Below, piece after piece: positions 17,525 through 25,101 of a stretch of 35,043 nucleotides of DNA (the stretch's first letter is position 1; each line of letters begins with the position of its first letter). The stretch comes from Candidatus Woesearchaeota archaeon. GTDB lineage: Archaea > Nanobdellota > Nanobdellia > Woesearchaeales > GW2011-AR9. A program made the translations under genes and the position numbers. The stretch is taken from the NCBI GenBank assembly GCA_013204355.1, contig JABMOA010000017.1, positions 1-35,043 on the forward strand. Reading direction: 5' to 3'. The notes under the pieces are model-generated. The model saw only the letters and a list, made by a program, of their open reading frames with translations. It did not search any database and was not told the DNA's origin.

Positions 17525-18709
17525 TCATTTCCTCAACCACCCAACTTCCTCCCCAGTCAATTCTAACTCATGTGCAATCTCTTTCCCACTTCCATTACGA
17601 AAAATCTCACGTAAATAAGGAAGTTGTTGTGCTGCTACTTTTGTGGATGTGTGAGTTGCAACTGCTAACTTTGCAACGATTTCTTTCTTCTTGGCATTTG
17701 ACATATTTGATTGCCAAATTCTTAAGAGTCGCATGGTTGGTTTGTAGTGGACGAATTCTGGATTACGTTCTTCTTTTGCTGAACTAATCCCTGCCGTTAA
17801 TAGATTGTACATATATGCCAAAAATCGCCAATGTTGACGTCTTCTTATTCTTCCCTGGAATACATCTGCACGTGCAAGATGTTCATATGCTTTTGCTAAA
17901 GATTTCGGATCCTTGTATTCTTTAGGAAGATTATGGTCCATCCACAAAAAGACCTCGTTTGGTTGTAAGTCTACTTGATCTAATGCTGGAAGCGCGTTAT
18001 CTACAGAAGATGATTTGAAAATAATTTGTAAAGCACTCACAATTGATTGCGTTCGTTTTCTATCAGACAAACCTACAACTTTCTCAAATGTTAATTCTTT
18101 ACCGCAAGTTTGAAGGTCAATTAATGCACCACGTAAATCTCCATCAACTTGTCTTGCTAATGAATTGATTGCTTTTTCATCATGTTTAATATTTTCTTGC
18201 TGACAAATCCATGTTAATGCATGTGCAATTGTTCTATATTGTAATTTGTGGAATTCAATTTCTTGTGATACTTTTTTCAATGGTTTTAATTTTGCATCAA
18301 AAGGATCGTTTGCGGTTAGAATTATGGGAAACGAGGATTTCTCAATTGCCTTCACAATTGCAGGCACACATCCTCTATCTTTAACACCAGAAACATTATC
18401 AATCTCATCTATCAAGATGATCTTTGGTTTGAAGAATAAGGATTGTTGACCTAATGCGGAATCTAAGAATGATTTGATGTTATCTGCTTTTCTTAAATCT
18501 GAAGAATTGATTTCAAGCACATCAAAATCCAACTCATTTGCTAATGCATACACGGAACTTGTTTTTCCATTTCCAATTGGACCATATAATAATGCTGCTT
18601 TCAGTTTATGCGATTTATAATTCACAATGAAATCTTTCAGTTGTGACACTGCTAATTGCTGTCCAAATACTTGTGCAGATGTTTTAGGCGCATATTTATA
18701 GGTATACAT
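17525..18709 (-). CDS. rfcL: replication factor C large subunit
   Basis: 394 aa. YKYAPKTSAQVFGQQ, Walker A (LLYGPIGNGKTS), LIDEID Walker B and the RFC-large C-terminal helical domain. Confidence 0.9.
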   Translation of the reverse strand: MYTYKYAPKTSAQVFGQQLAVSQLKDFIVNYKSHKLKAALLYGPIGNGKTSSVYALANELDFDVLEINSSDLRKADNIKSFLDSALGQQSLFFKPKIILIDEIDNVSGVKDRGCVPAIVKAIEKSSFPIILTANDPFDAKLKPLKKVSQEIEFHKLQYRTIAHALTWICQQENIKHDEKAINSLARQVDGDLRGALIDLQTCGKELTFEKVVGLSDRKRTQSIVSALQIIFKSSSVDNALPALDQVDLQPNEVFLWMDHNLPKEYKDPKSLAKAYEHLARADVFQGRIRRRQHWRFLAYMYNLLTAGISSAKEERNPEFVHYKPTMRLLRIWQSNMSNAKKKEIVAKLAVATHTSTKVAAQQLPYLREIFRNGSGKEIAHELELTGEEVGWLRK

Positions 18710-18730
18710 ATGATATTTTTACAAAAGGAA

Positions 18731-18739
18731 GTTTAAATG
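18731..18739 (-). promoter_or_regulatory. putative TATA box of rfcL (leaderless-type spacing)
   Basis: The minus strand reads CATTTAAAC, centred about 26 nt upstream of the rfcL ATG. The same spacing is seen at guaB, valS and the 19202 gene. Confidence 0.4.
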
Positions 18740-18753
18740 GTTTGCGGTAATAC

Positions 18754-18875
18754 GGCTCTGTCCCAAAAGGAATAAAAATGTATACTAGGGCACGGCACCT
18801 TAGATTTGTTCACACGTGAACAAATATGCCTCCATTGGCGCTAGTATACAAATTAGCTCCTTTTGGGACAGCACT
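18754..18875 (-). mobile_element. palindromic MITE-like element, copy A (strand = orientation homologous to B+ and C+)
   Basis: Nested inverted repeats: CTGTCCCAAAAGGA/TCCTTTTGGGACAG, TGTATACTAG/CTAGTATACA and ATTTGTTCAC/GTGAACAAAT. Flanked by the direct repeat GGTAATAC (18746-18753 and 18876-18883). Its core is homologous to copies B and C. Confidence 0.6.
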
Positions 18876-18884
18876 GGTAATACA

Positions 18885-19088
18885 TTAAAGATTCTTAAGA
18901 TTCCAAAGAACCAAAAATATACTAATAATAGAAAAAAACATGATTATCTTATTTTCTAATTTATTTCCAAGACCAATGTCAATAAAATTAAAATTAGGGT
19001 TAATTAACGCGACAATAAACGTCAAGGAGAAAATAAATAATAATGAAGCCAAAAGAATGAACACTTTTTTACGGTATAGATGAGACAT
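18885..19088 (-). CDS. possible small membrane protein (67 aa, two hydrophobic helices)
   Basis: ORF trimmed to the internal ATG (MSHLYRKKVFILLASLLFIFSL...). Extremely AT-rich and hydrophobic, so it could be spurious. Confidence 0.3.
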   Translation of the reverse strand: MSHLYRKKVFILLASLLFIFSLTFIVALINPNFNFIDIGLGNKLENKIIMFFSIISIFLVLWNLKNL

Positions 19089-19171
19089 AATGATAGGATT
19101 TTGGTAATATATCTTAAATGTATGCGTTATAAAAAGCACATGTTCGAATATCGTACATTTTGAGAATAAGG

Positions 19172-19181
19172 TTTATAAAAA
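19172..19181 (+). promoter_or_regulatory. putative TATA box for the 19202 gene
   Basis: TTTATAAAAA centred about 25 nt upstream of the ATG at 19202. Confidence 0.4.
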
Positions 19182-19201
19182 AGAACATAAAATTTATCTC
19201 C

Positions 19202-19777
19202 ATGTTACAGAAGCTAGATGATCTCATCTTAACAATGCATGAAAAAGTGGTGGACCTTGCAATCAAAACTGTTGGCGCAGATAAATATTCATGTGCGACA
19301 CAAGCCAATATTGCGGGAACTCTTGGACTTTTAAGTTTTGGTGGAACCCTATTAGAAAGCGGCATTAGAAACTCCTCTCCTTTTTTAATTAGCATGGCAT
19401 GCGTTATAGGACCTATATCTATTATTTCTTATAAAAAAGGTTTAAGGGATATCAAACCACAAAAAAAAATTGATGAAAATAACGCATTAAAAGGAACACG
19501 CCAAATCCCTCAATATAACACAACCCGCCCATTTTTTTGGAGTTTAGGAACTTATGCCATACTCTCTAGTCCATTTTCAGAAACTATTCCAACATTATTA
19601 ATAGCTGGTTCCCTTGGGTTATACTTATCTGGCAATGAAAGTAGGAAATATTTTTTAAATGTTGAAACACCTTCCGGAACGACAGATTCTTTATTAGATA
19701 AATTAAAAGCAGGAATCTCAAATATTGGATCAGAACCAGTTAGGGTTTCTGCTTTGAAATATGAAACCAAAGAATAG
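19202..19777 (+). CDS. hypothetical integral membrane protein
   Basis: The track ORF starts at a TTG (19160); the first ATG (MLQKLDDL) has a TATA box at the right spacing. About 4 hydrophobic segments. No family recognised. Confidence 0.5.
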   Translation: MLQKLDDLILTMHEKVVDLAIKTVGADKYSCATQANIAGTLGLLSFGGTLLESGIRNSSPFLISMACVIGPISIISYKKGLRDIKPQKKIDENNALKGTRQIPQYNTTRPFFWSLGTYAILSSPFSETIPTLLIAGSLGLYLSGNESRKYFLNVETPSGTTDSLLDKLKAGISNIGSEPVRVSALKYETKE

Positions 19778-19842
19778 GAAAAATCATTTATTTATTCAGA
19801 AATATAATTGGTTCAAACTATGTTCGAATTCAAAAATACGAC

Positions 19843-20916
19843 TCATTTCACTTTTTGATAATATTTTAATTGATTAAACATTATAAAAGTGTCATAATAC
19901 ATAATATGATCTGCAAATTCCTTTCTGATTTGTTGTAGGATTGCATGAAATTCAGCATTTGTCCTAGCATAAACGTTACATTGATAATCCCATTTTCCTA
20001 AAAATCGCATGTACCAACTCATATTAGGATGATTTTTAATAAATTCAGTGAATCTTTCATGATCTAAATTTTTCATTTTGAATAGAATATGCCACCATTG
20101 ATAACCTAATTGCGTTGGTGAATATTGGATAAAAAAACGTTTTATAACACCAGCCAAAATCATGTCCTTAATTCTATGTTCAATACTAATTGGTGCTAAT
20201 GATATTTTGTGAGAAATGTGTTTAATATTTGAGGTGGAGTCTAATTTTAAAATATCTAAGATAGAGAGATCCTTATCATCTAAATTTATTTTTTCATTCA
20301 TGTTATTATTTATTTTGTGATTTAAATTTTTCTTTTTAAGAAATTCTTTTTGGAAGGTAGAACCTTTATGTTCCCCCACAATTTTTACCTTTTTTACATC
20401 ATCTTCATGAAGAATCATCCATAACACAAAAATATCCTCTTCTACAACATCCAATACTTCAAATTTTTCAAGAATAGAAGAATACTTTTCAACTATTTTT
20501 CCAAATTTATCTATAAACTCCATTTGGTTCCTAACACTCAAAACAAATTGAAGATCATAACTTCCAGAACAAGTAACTATGGTTGTAACCTCAGTAAAAT
20601 TAAATAAAAAAGCAATGATATCTTGATCATTATCCAAATTTTTAAATTTAAAATAAACACGATATTGATGGAATCCCAATTTTTTAGGATCAAGCATAGC
20701 AGCATATCCATGTACAAAATCTATTTCTTCCATTCTTTTAATCCTATATGAAACCTTTTCACGTGATATTAAAAGAAGTCTACCGATTGTAGTTGGTGAG
20801 AATCGCACATTATTTTCAAGAATATAAAGAATTTTACGATCTATTAAATCTAATTTAATTAGTTTTTTCTCAAAAGAATATTCCTTGATCTGTCCAATAA
20901 AATCTAATTTTGCCAT
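19843..20916 (-). CDS. tandem (double) Lrp/AsnC-family transcriptional regulator, paralog of 14119..15153
   Basis: KLDLIDRKILYILENNVRFSPTTIGRLLLISREKVSYRIKRM plus a second HTH module (DDKDLSILDILKLDSTSNIKHISHKISLAPISIEHRIKDM). The C-terminus FIKNHPNMSWY..W.Y......N.EFH parallels the other copy. An alternative GTG start lies at 20934. Confidence 0.8.
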   Translation of the reverse strand: MAKLDFIGQIKEYSFEKKLIKLDLIDRKILYILENNVRFSPTTIGRLLLISREKVSYRIKRMEEIDFVHGYAAMLDPKKLGFHQYRVYFKFKNLDNDQDIIAFLFNFTEVTTIVTCSGSYDLQFVLSVRNQMEFIDKFGKIVEKYSSILEKFEVLDVVEEDIFVLWMILHEDDVKKVKIVGEHKGSTFQKEFLKKKNLNHKINNNMNEKINLDDKDLSILDILKLDSTSNIKHISHKISLAPISIEHRIKDMILAGVIKRFFIQYSPTQLGYQWWHILFKMKNLDHERFTEFIKNHPNMSWYMRFLGKWDYQCNVYARTNAEFHAILQQIRKEFADHIMYYDTFIMFNQLKYYQKVK

Positions 20917-21041
20917 ATTTTTTACTAAAAACACATATCCCTTAACTATTTATCGTTATTCGTGGTTTTTTTGGGTTCTTATTTCTTATATTTGTTTGGA
21001 GTTTACCATTCTAGAAAATCAATTACTTTTGGAGGAAACAA

Positions 21042-21401
21042 ATGAAAAAAACAATTGAAACAATGATCCTAGCAATGTCTGTTACCCTGGCTTTAGGATG
21101 TGACTCTCAAGGAGAAAAAGAATCATGTTCTATTATAGATCAAAGTAAAGATAATTGTTATAAAAATGATGGAACAAATAAAGACGGGTCATTAAGTTAT
21201 ATCAATGCATGCTTTGGAGATCAAAAATGTAAATCTACAAAACCAATCGGCACATCTGATGACTATTGTTTTAGTGAATGTTACACACCAACTTGTTGTA
21301 GTGAGAGAAACTGCGATACAGATCAATACTGTACTACAAATCCCTATGATTCTAACCAATGTATTTGCGAATATAAACCAATCCGTGATAAAGGAAATTA
21401 A
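21042..21401 (+). CDS. secreted or lipid-anchored Cys-rich small protein
   Basis: 119 aa. GGAGG lies upstream of the ATG. Signal peptide ends in a lipobox-like LALGC; the mature part has about 16 further Cys (CCSERNC, CICEY). Confidence 0.6.
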   Translation: MKKTIETMILAMSVTLALGCDSQGEKESCSIIDQSKDNCYKNDGTNKDGSLSYINACFGDQKCKSTKPIGTSDDYCFSECYTPTCCSERNCDTDQYCTTNPYDSNQCICEYKPIRDKGN

Positions 21402-21422
21402 AAATAAGGGAAATTGAAAAAA

Positions 21423-21779
21423 ATGTCATATGAAGATAAATTAGAACCTCTAGAAAAAATTGGAGCCGGCACTGTAGCAATTTTATATGGTACATTACTA
21501 AGTGTGGTACTTTATTTGAGTATTCACACTAAGGAAATCAAAAACCCTACTATAACTAACGTGGGAACATATCACTTAGTATTCTATGGTGAAACTATAT
21601 ATCTCAATGAACTACAAAAAACAATTAATGTAGATTTCCACGATAAATGTTTAAGACCTGCAGACAAATATTTCAAAGAAAAAGATAAGGATATAATTGG
21701 TCAAAAAATAAAATCTATTACGTATAGATATGGTTTTTCTGGGCCTTGTGATTACATTGAAGATTTAGTGCTAGAATAA
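21423..21779 (+). CDS. small membrane-anchored two-Cys protein, paralog 1
   Basis: One TM helix (GAGTVAILYGTLLSVVLYL) followed by an approximately 80-aa domain with INVDFHDKCL ... ITY ... CDYIEDL. The track ORF starts at a TTG (21414). Confidence 0.5.
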   Translation: MSYEDKLEPLEKIGAGTVAILYGTLLSVVLYLSIHTKEIKNPTITNVGTYHLVFYGETIYLNELQKTINVDFHDKCLRPADKYFKEKDKDIIGQKIKSITYRYGFSGPCDYIEDLVLE

Positions 21780-21854
21780 ATAATTTAATATTAAAAACAG
21801 AAAAAGAAACAAATCAAAAAGAAACAAACAAAAAATATAAAACCAATAATAAAT

Positions 21855-22193
21855 ATGAAACATACACAAAGATTATCAAAACTTGGAAAAGATATTTTGA
21901 TTCTTGGCACTTTAGGATTAATAGGATATGGAATTTATGAGGTAGGATTTGCGTCAAAAAACATACAAAATTCTGTTGTTGAAGAGATAGGAGATTATAG
22001 AGCATATATTGATCTTGAAAATCCAAGCCTTGATGAAACACATCATTACATAAAAATAGATAATCATTCTAGATGTTTAGATCTTGGAGATTATAATTCT
22101 CAACACATTGTAAAAAAAGATCAATTTAGTGTGATCACATATACTCCTAAAATATTTCAAAGATGTGATGAGATTATATACCTTCAAAAATAA
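21855..22193 (+). CDS. small membrane-anchored two-Cys protein, paralog 2
   Basis: One TM helix (ILILGTLGLIGYGIY) followed by IKIDNHSRCL ... ITY ... CDEIIYL. Same architecture as 21423 and 23498. Confidence 0.5.
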   Translation: MKHTQRLSKLGKDILILGTLGLIGYGIYEVGFASKNIQNSVVEEIGDYRAYIDLENPSLDETHHYIKIDNHSRCLDLGDYNSQHIVKKDQFSVITYTPKIFQRCDEIIYLQK

Positions 22194-22264
22194 AATGAAA
22201 ATCTTAAAACACAATTACCAAACAAAGCAAGATCCGAGATATTAAACTAATTTAGGAATAAAAA

Positions 22265-23335
22265 ATGATAACCTCAATTAATAATTATGAAAGAATTCCT
22301 GGACAATGGTTAACTATTGAAACTTTACATGCACCACAACTATTACCACAATTACAAAAACCAACGATTATTAAATATGCTTCACAGAATCCACAAAAAG
22401 GGTCACGATGGATTGTAACACTACAACATGCTAATGAATCTAGTGGATTATATGCTTGTGTGGACACATGGAAATATTTAAATGAAAAAGATATCAGTTT
22501 AGATTATGATTTATATTTTCTTATAATGAATGGATATGGAGCCATTGGAAAAGAAAATAGCGCAATTTTTAGTCAAAGGTTTACATCAGATCAAATAGAC
22601 TTCAACAGAATTTGGTATGATTACAAGGATAATATCCAAAAAAAGATTCCCGCAATACAAAAAACACAAATTGAACAATTAACACAAATAATTAATAATT
22701 CTAACCCGGAATATATTATAGATGTTCACAATACAACTGGTAATAATCAACCATTAGGGTTTATTTCAGAAGGAAAAGATGAACAATTAATCTGTTTTCT
22801 AGTTGACCACATTGTACATTCAAATAATATCCCTGGATCACTACAAGATAGATTTGCACATATTTGTGAATCAATAACAATTGAATGCGGAAAAACAGGA
22901 ACTTTAGCATCATTACATGTAGCCACAAAAATATTTCACCAATTTATCCATTACAAAGGACAAAAAAAAGAAGATGAAAAAAGATATTACAGGTATAATG
23001 ATATAGGAAGGATTGTGATCAAAGATAATATAGAATTTAATTTTTATAACGGCCAGAAACAAAAAAAAGAAGATAACACATTTTGGATTAGAGAGGACAT
23101 TGAGGATTTCAATCAGTCTCAAATAGAACCTTTTTCCCTATTAGGACATTATAATGGACCAGGATTACCTGTGATTTTTTTAAAAAATGATCAAGATCTA
23201 ACGTCATCCTATATTTTAAAAGATGGAAACAAAGTTATAATTAAAGAAATGCGTTATGGGTTATTATTTTCAAAAAATAAAACAAATGTCCAAAATTCAG
23301 AATTAGGTTATTTAGCTCAAGGAAAATTTAGCTAA
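22265..23335 (+). CDS. AstE/AspA-family zinc hydrolase (succinylglutamate desuccinylase / aspartoacylase-like)
   Basis: 356 aa. Collinear matches to aspartoacylase motifs, from memory: LQHANESSG (GTHGNELTG), DFNRIW (DLNRIF), IIDVHNTTGN (FDLHNTTSN) and ITIECGKTG (GIEVGPQ). Confidence 0.7.
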   Translation: MITSINNYERIPGQWLTIETLHAPQLLPQLQKPTIIKYASQNPQKGSRWIVTLQHANESSGLYACVDTWKYLNEKDISLDYDLYFLIMNGYGAIGKENSAIFSQRFTSDQIDFNRIWYDYKDNIQKKIPAIQKTQIEQLTQIINNSNPEYIIDVHNTTGNNQPLGFISEGKDEQLICFLVDHIVHSNNIPGSLQDRFAHICESITIECGKTGTLASLHVATKIFHQFIHYKGQKKEDEKRYYRYNDIGRIVIKDNIEFNFYNGQKQKKEDNTFWIREDIEDFNQSQIEPFSLLGHYNGPGLPVIFLKNDQDLTSSYILKDGNKVIIKEMRYGLLFSKNKTNVQNSELGYLAQGKFS

Positions 23336-23497
23336 AAATCGGCCATATAGAAATGCTGAAGTTATTAATGCAATAATTAATTAACACTGTCTAAAAAAAT
23401 AACATTTAAATAATTATTTAAGAAACATCAATAAGAAGAAAAAGAAGAAGAAGTTAAAATTGACGAAGAAATTGTAAAAAAGAAAAAATGATTCAAA

Positions 23498-23875
23498 ATG
23501 ATTCAAAACAATAAATTTGTAACAACGGTACTAGCATTAACTCTTGGTTTAACCTATTGTATTTATGATTTTAAGGATAACAGGAGAATACAAGAAGATA
23601 CAGTTACCAATTATTACTCTACCAATGTTCCTGGAAAAAACTTAGAACCTTATAAAATTATAAAAATATTTCTTGAAAATCATGATCGTTGTTTATTTAC
23701 TACAAACTATCTATTTGAACAGATATCCCACCAAGAAATAAATAAGGGGGATTCACTCACAGAGATCATCTATCACCACAATCACTTTTTGAGCCCTATT
23801 GGATCTTTAGATAAAGTTGCATTCCAAAATGACTGCGACCGCTTAATAAATTTTGAATTGAAAAAGGTAAAATGA
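23498..23875 (+). CDS. small membrane-anchored two-Cys protein, paralog 3
   Basis: One TM helix (FVTTVLALTLGLTYCIY) followed by IKIFLENHDRCL ... IIY ... CDRLINF. Confidence 0.5.
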   Translation: MIQNNKFVTTVLALTLGLTYCIYDFKDNRRIQEDTVTNYYSTNVPGKNLEPYKIIKIFLENHDRCLFTTNYLFEQISHQEINKGDSLTEIIYHHNHFLSPIGSLDKVAFQNDCDRLINFELKKVK

Positions 23876-23921
23876 TCTCAAAAAATAACACCTAAGAAAT
23901 TAAAACCTAAATTTTAAAATC

Positions 23922-24902
23922 CTATCTCCCTGTTCTCATGTCAATCCGATGATCGTATTCATCTACGATTTCCCCTACGATTTCTTCAAGAACATCTTCC
24001 AATGTAACAATGCCTGTAAATTTACTTACCTTACCATGAACAATAAATAGATGCATTTTTTTCTTCTTAAACAAATTCAGAACTGTGCCCAATTTATGTA
24101 TTTCACTAATTGTATGAACTTCGTGCCTCATTATTTCTCCTGCTGTCGCATTAGAATTTATTTTGACAGAAATTAAGTCTTTAACATAAAGTATACCAAC
24201 GACTTTATTTTTAGTGTTACCATACACAGGAATTCTTGAATGCCCCATTTTATAAATTTCCTTACGTAATTCTTTATTTAAAATTGCAGATTTAGGTAAA
24301 CTAAAGACATTAATTTTGGGTGTCATGACTGATTTTACCTTCATTGAAGAAAATTCCAATCCTCCTTCAAGAATTTCAAACTCATGTTTATGAACATCCG
24401 TTTCTAATTTTCTTTGTTCTTTTAAAATTAATTTAAATTCTTTCCGGGAAAAAATTGTAGGTAATTCTCCACCTAATGCCCTATCTAAAATAAGAGCTAT
24501 AGGTTTAGAAATAGGATATAGTAAAATCAAAAAAAACCACACAATCCATGTGATCTTTGCCCCAAACTTTAAAGCGTGTCTTGAAAAGACTGCTTGAGGA
24601 ATAATTTCTCCAAAAATTACAATTAAACCTGTTGCCATAAATCCCGCAACAACACCTGTAACGATTGAACCTAAAAATAATGCTAATGCTGAGTTTACAG
24701 CAACATTCCCTAAAAGTAATGTAATTAAAAGAAGATTTCCTTTTTTTCTTAAAGGATAAACACGCATTGCCGCTTTATTACCAAGTTTAACTCGTCTTCT
24801 CAAACTAAATAAATCTAAACTCATTAGTCCTAAACTTAAACCAGAAAAAAGCCCAGATAAGATTAATATACAAACAACAATAATGTATGTTACAAAGGTC
24901 AT
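23922..24902 (-). CDS. DUF21 + CBS-pair membrane protein (CNNM/CorC-type putative Mg2+/Co2+ transporter, hemolysin-family)
   Basis: 326 aa. DUF21 N-terminus (ILSGLFSGLSLGLMSLD), 4 TM segments, IFGEIIPQ, then two CBS motifs. No C-terminal CorC_HlyC domain is visible. Confidence 0.85.
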   Translation of the reverse strand: MTFVTYIIVVCILILSGLFSGLSLGLMSLDLFSLRRRVKLGNKAAMRVYPLRKKGNLLLITLLLGNVAVNSALALFLGSIVTGVVAGFMATGLIVIFGEIIPQAVFSRHALKFGAKITWIVWFFLILLYPISKPIALILDRALGGELPTIFSRKEFKLILKEQRKLETDVHKHEFEILEGGLEFSSMKVKSVMTPKINVFSLPKSAILNKELRKEIYKMGHSRIPVYGNTKNKVVGILYVKDLISVKINSNATAGEIMRHEVHTISEIHKLGTVLNLFKKKKMHLFIVHGKVSKFTGIVTLEDVLEEIVGEIVDEYDHRIDMRTGR

Positions 24903-24958
24903 GTTTTTAATTAATAAAAATTAAGAAGTATATAATGGTTACTATTAACTCCACACCA

Positions 24959-25089
24959 GGCTAATATGAAACCCTCTTTTTCTTTTGTATTAGCGCCCTG
25001 GCGTAGCCGAGGCATATGGGATAGCAAAGCTATCCCCATAATAAATGCCGTGCCCTAATACAAAGATTGTTGAGGGCTTTATATTAGCC
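24959..25089 (+). mobile_element. palindromic MITE-like element, copy B
   Basis: Arms GGCTAATATGAAACCCTC / GAGGGCTTTATATTAGCC, TTTTGTATTAG / CTAATACAAAG and GGGATAGC / GCTATCCC. Flanked by a perfect 9-bp direct repeat TCCACACCA (24950-24958 and 25090-25098). Confidence 0.65.
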
Positions 25090-25101
25090 TCCACACCAAT
25101 A

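Noticed and set aside
18754-18875. Reading the palindromic elements as H/ACA guide RNAs, tRNA/BHB-intron structures, C/D-box sRNAs or small ribozymes.
   Set aside because: There is no K-turn (no GA next to the upper helix) and no single-stranded ACA after the lower stem. There is no 3-4-3 bulge-helix-bulge geometry, no RUGAUGA/CUGA boxes, no T-loop/D-loop sequences and no hammerhead CUGAUGA...GAAA core. The flanking direct repeats fit a transposed element better.
19114-19395. 93-aa minus-strand ORF overlapping the 19202 gene and its promoter. Also other shadow ORFs: 949-1146+, 21205-21417+, 21814-22041-, 22285-22467-, 22913-23122-, 25647-26135-, 28247-28933-, 30420-30608-, 31843-32154-, 32485-32920-, 33219-33416+, 33658-34186 on both strands and 34566-34772+.
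   Set aside because: They overlap better-supported genes on the opposite strand or in another frame, and none shows recognisable motifs.
23488-23507. Tandem 10-nt duplication ATGATTCAAA-ATGATTCAAA at the start of the 23498 gene, considered as a possible slippage or phase-variation site.
   Set aside because: There are only two units. The upstream ATG opens a short 8-codon frame ending in TAA. There is no evidence of variability from a single sequence, so it is noted only as a minor curiosity.
14119-23875. Treating the whole 14-24 kb accessory stretch as an integrated element or genomic island with its own mobility genes.
   Set aside because: No integrase, transposase, recombinase or viral hallmark ORF is visible. 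The essential gene rfcL sits in the middle. Only local insertion scars (the rfcL 3' duplication and the MITE-like copy A) are supported.
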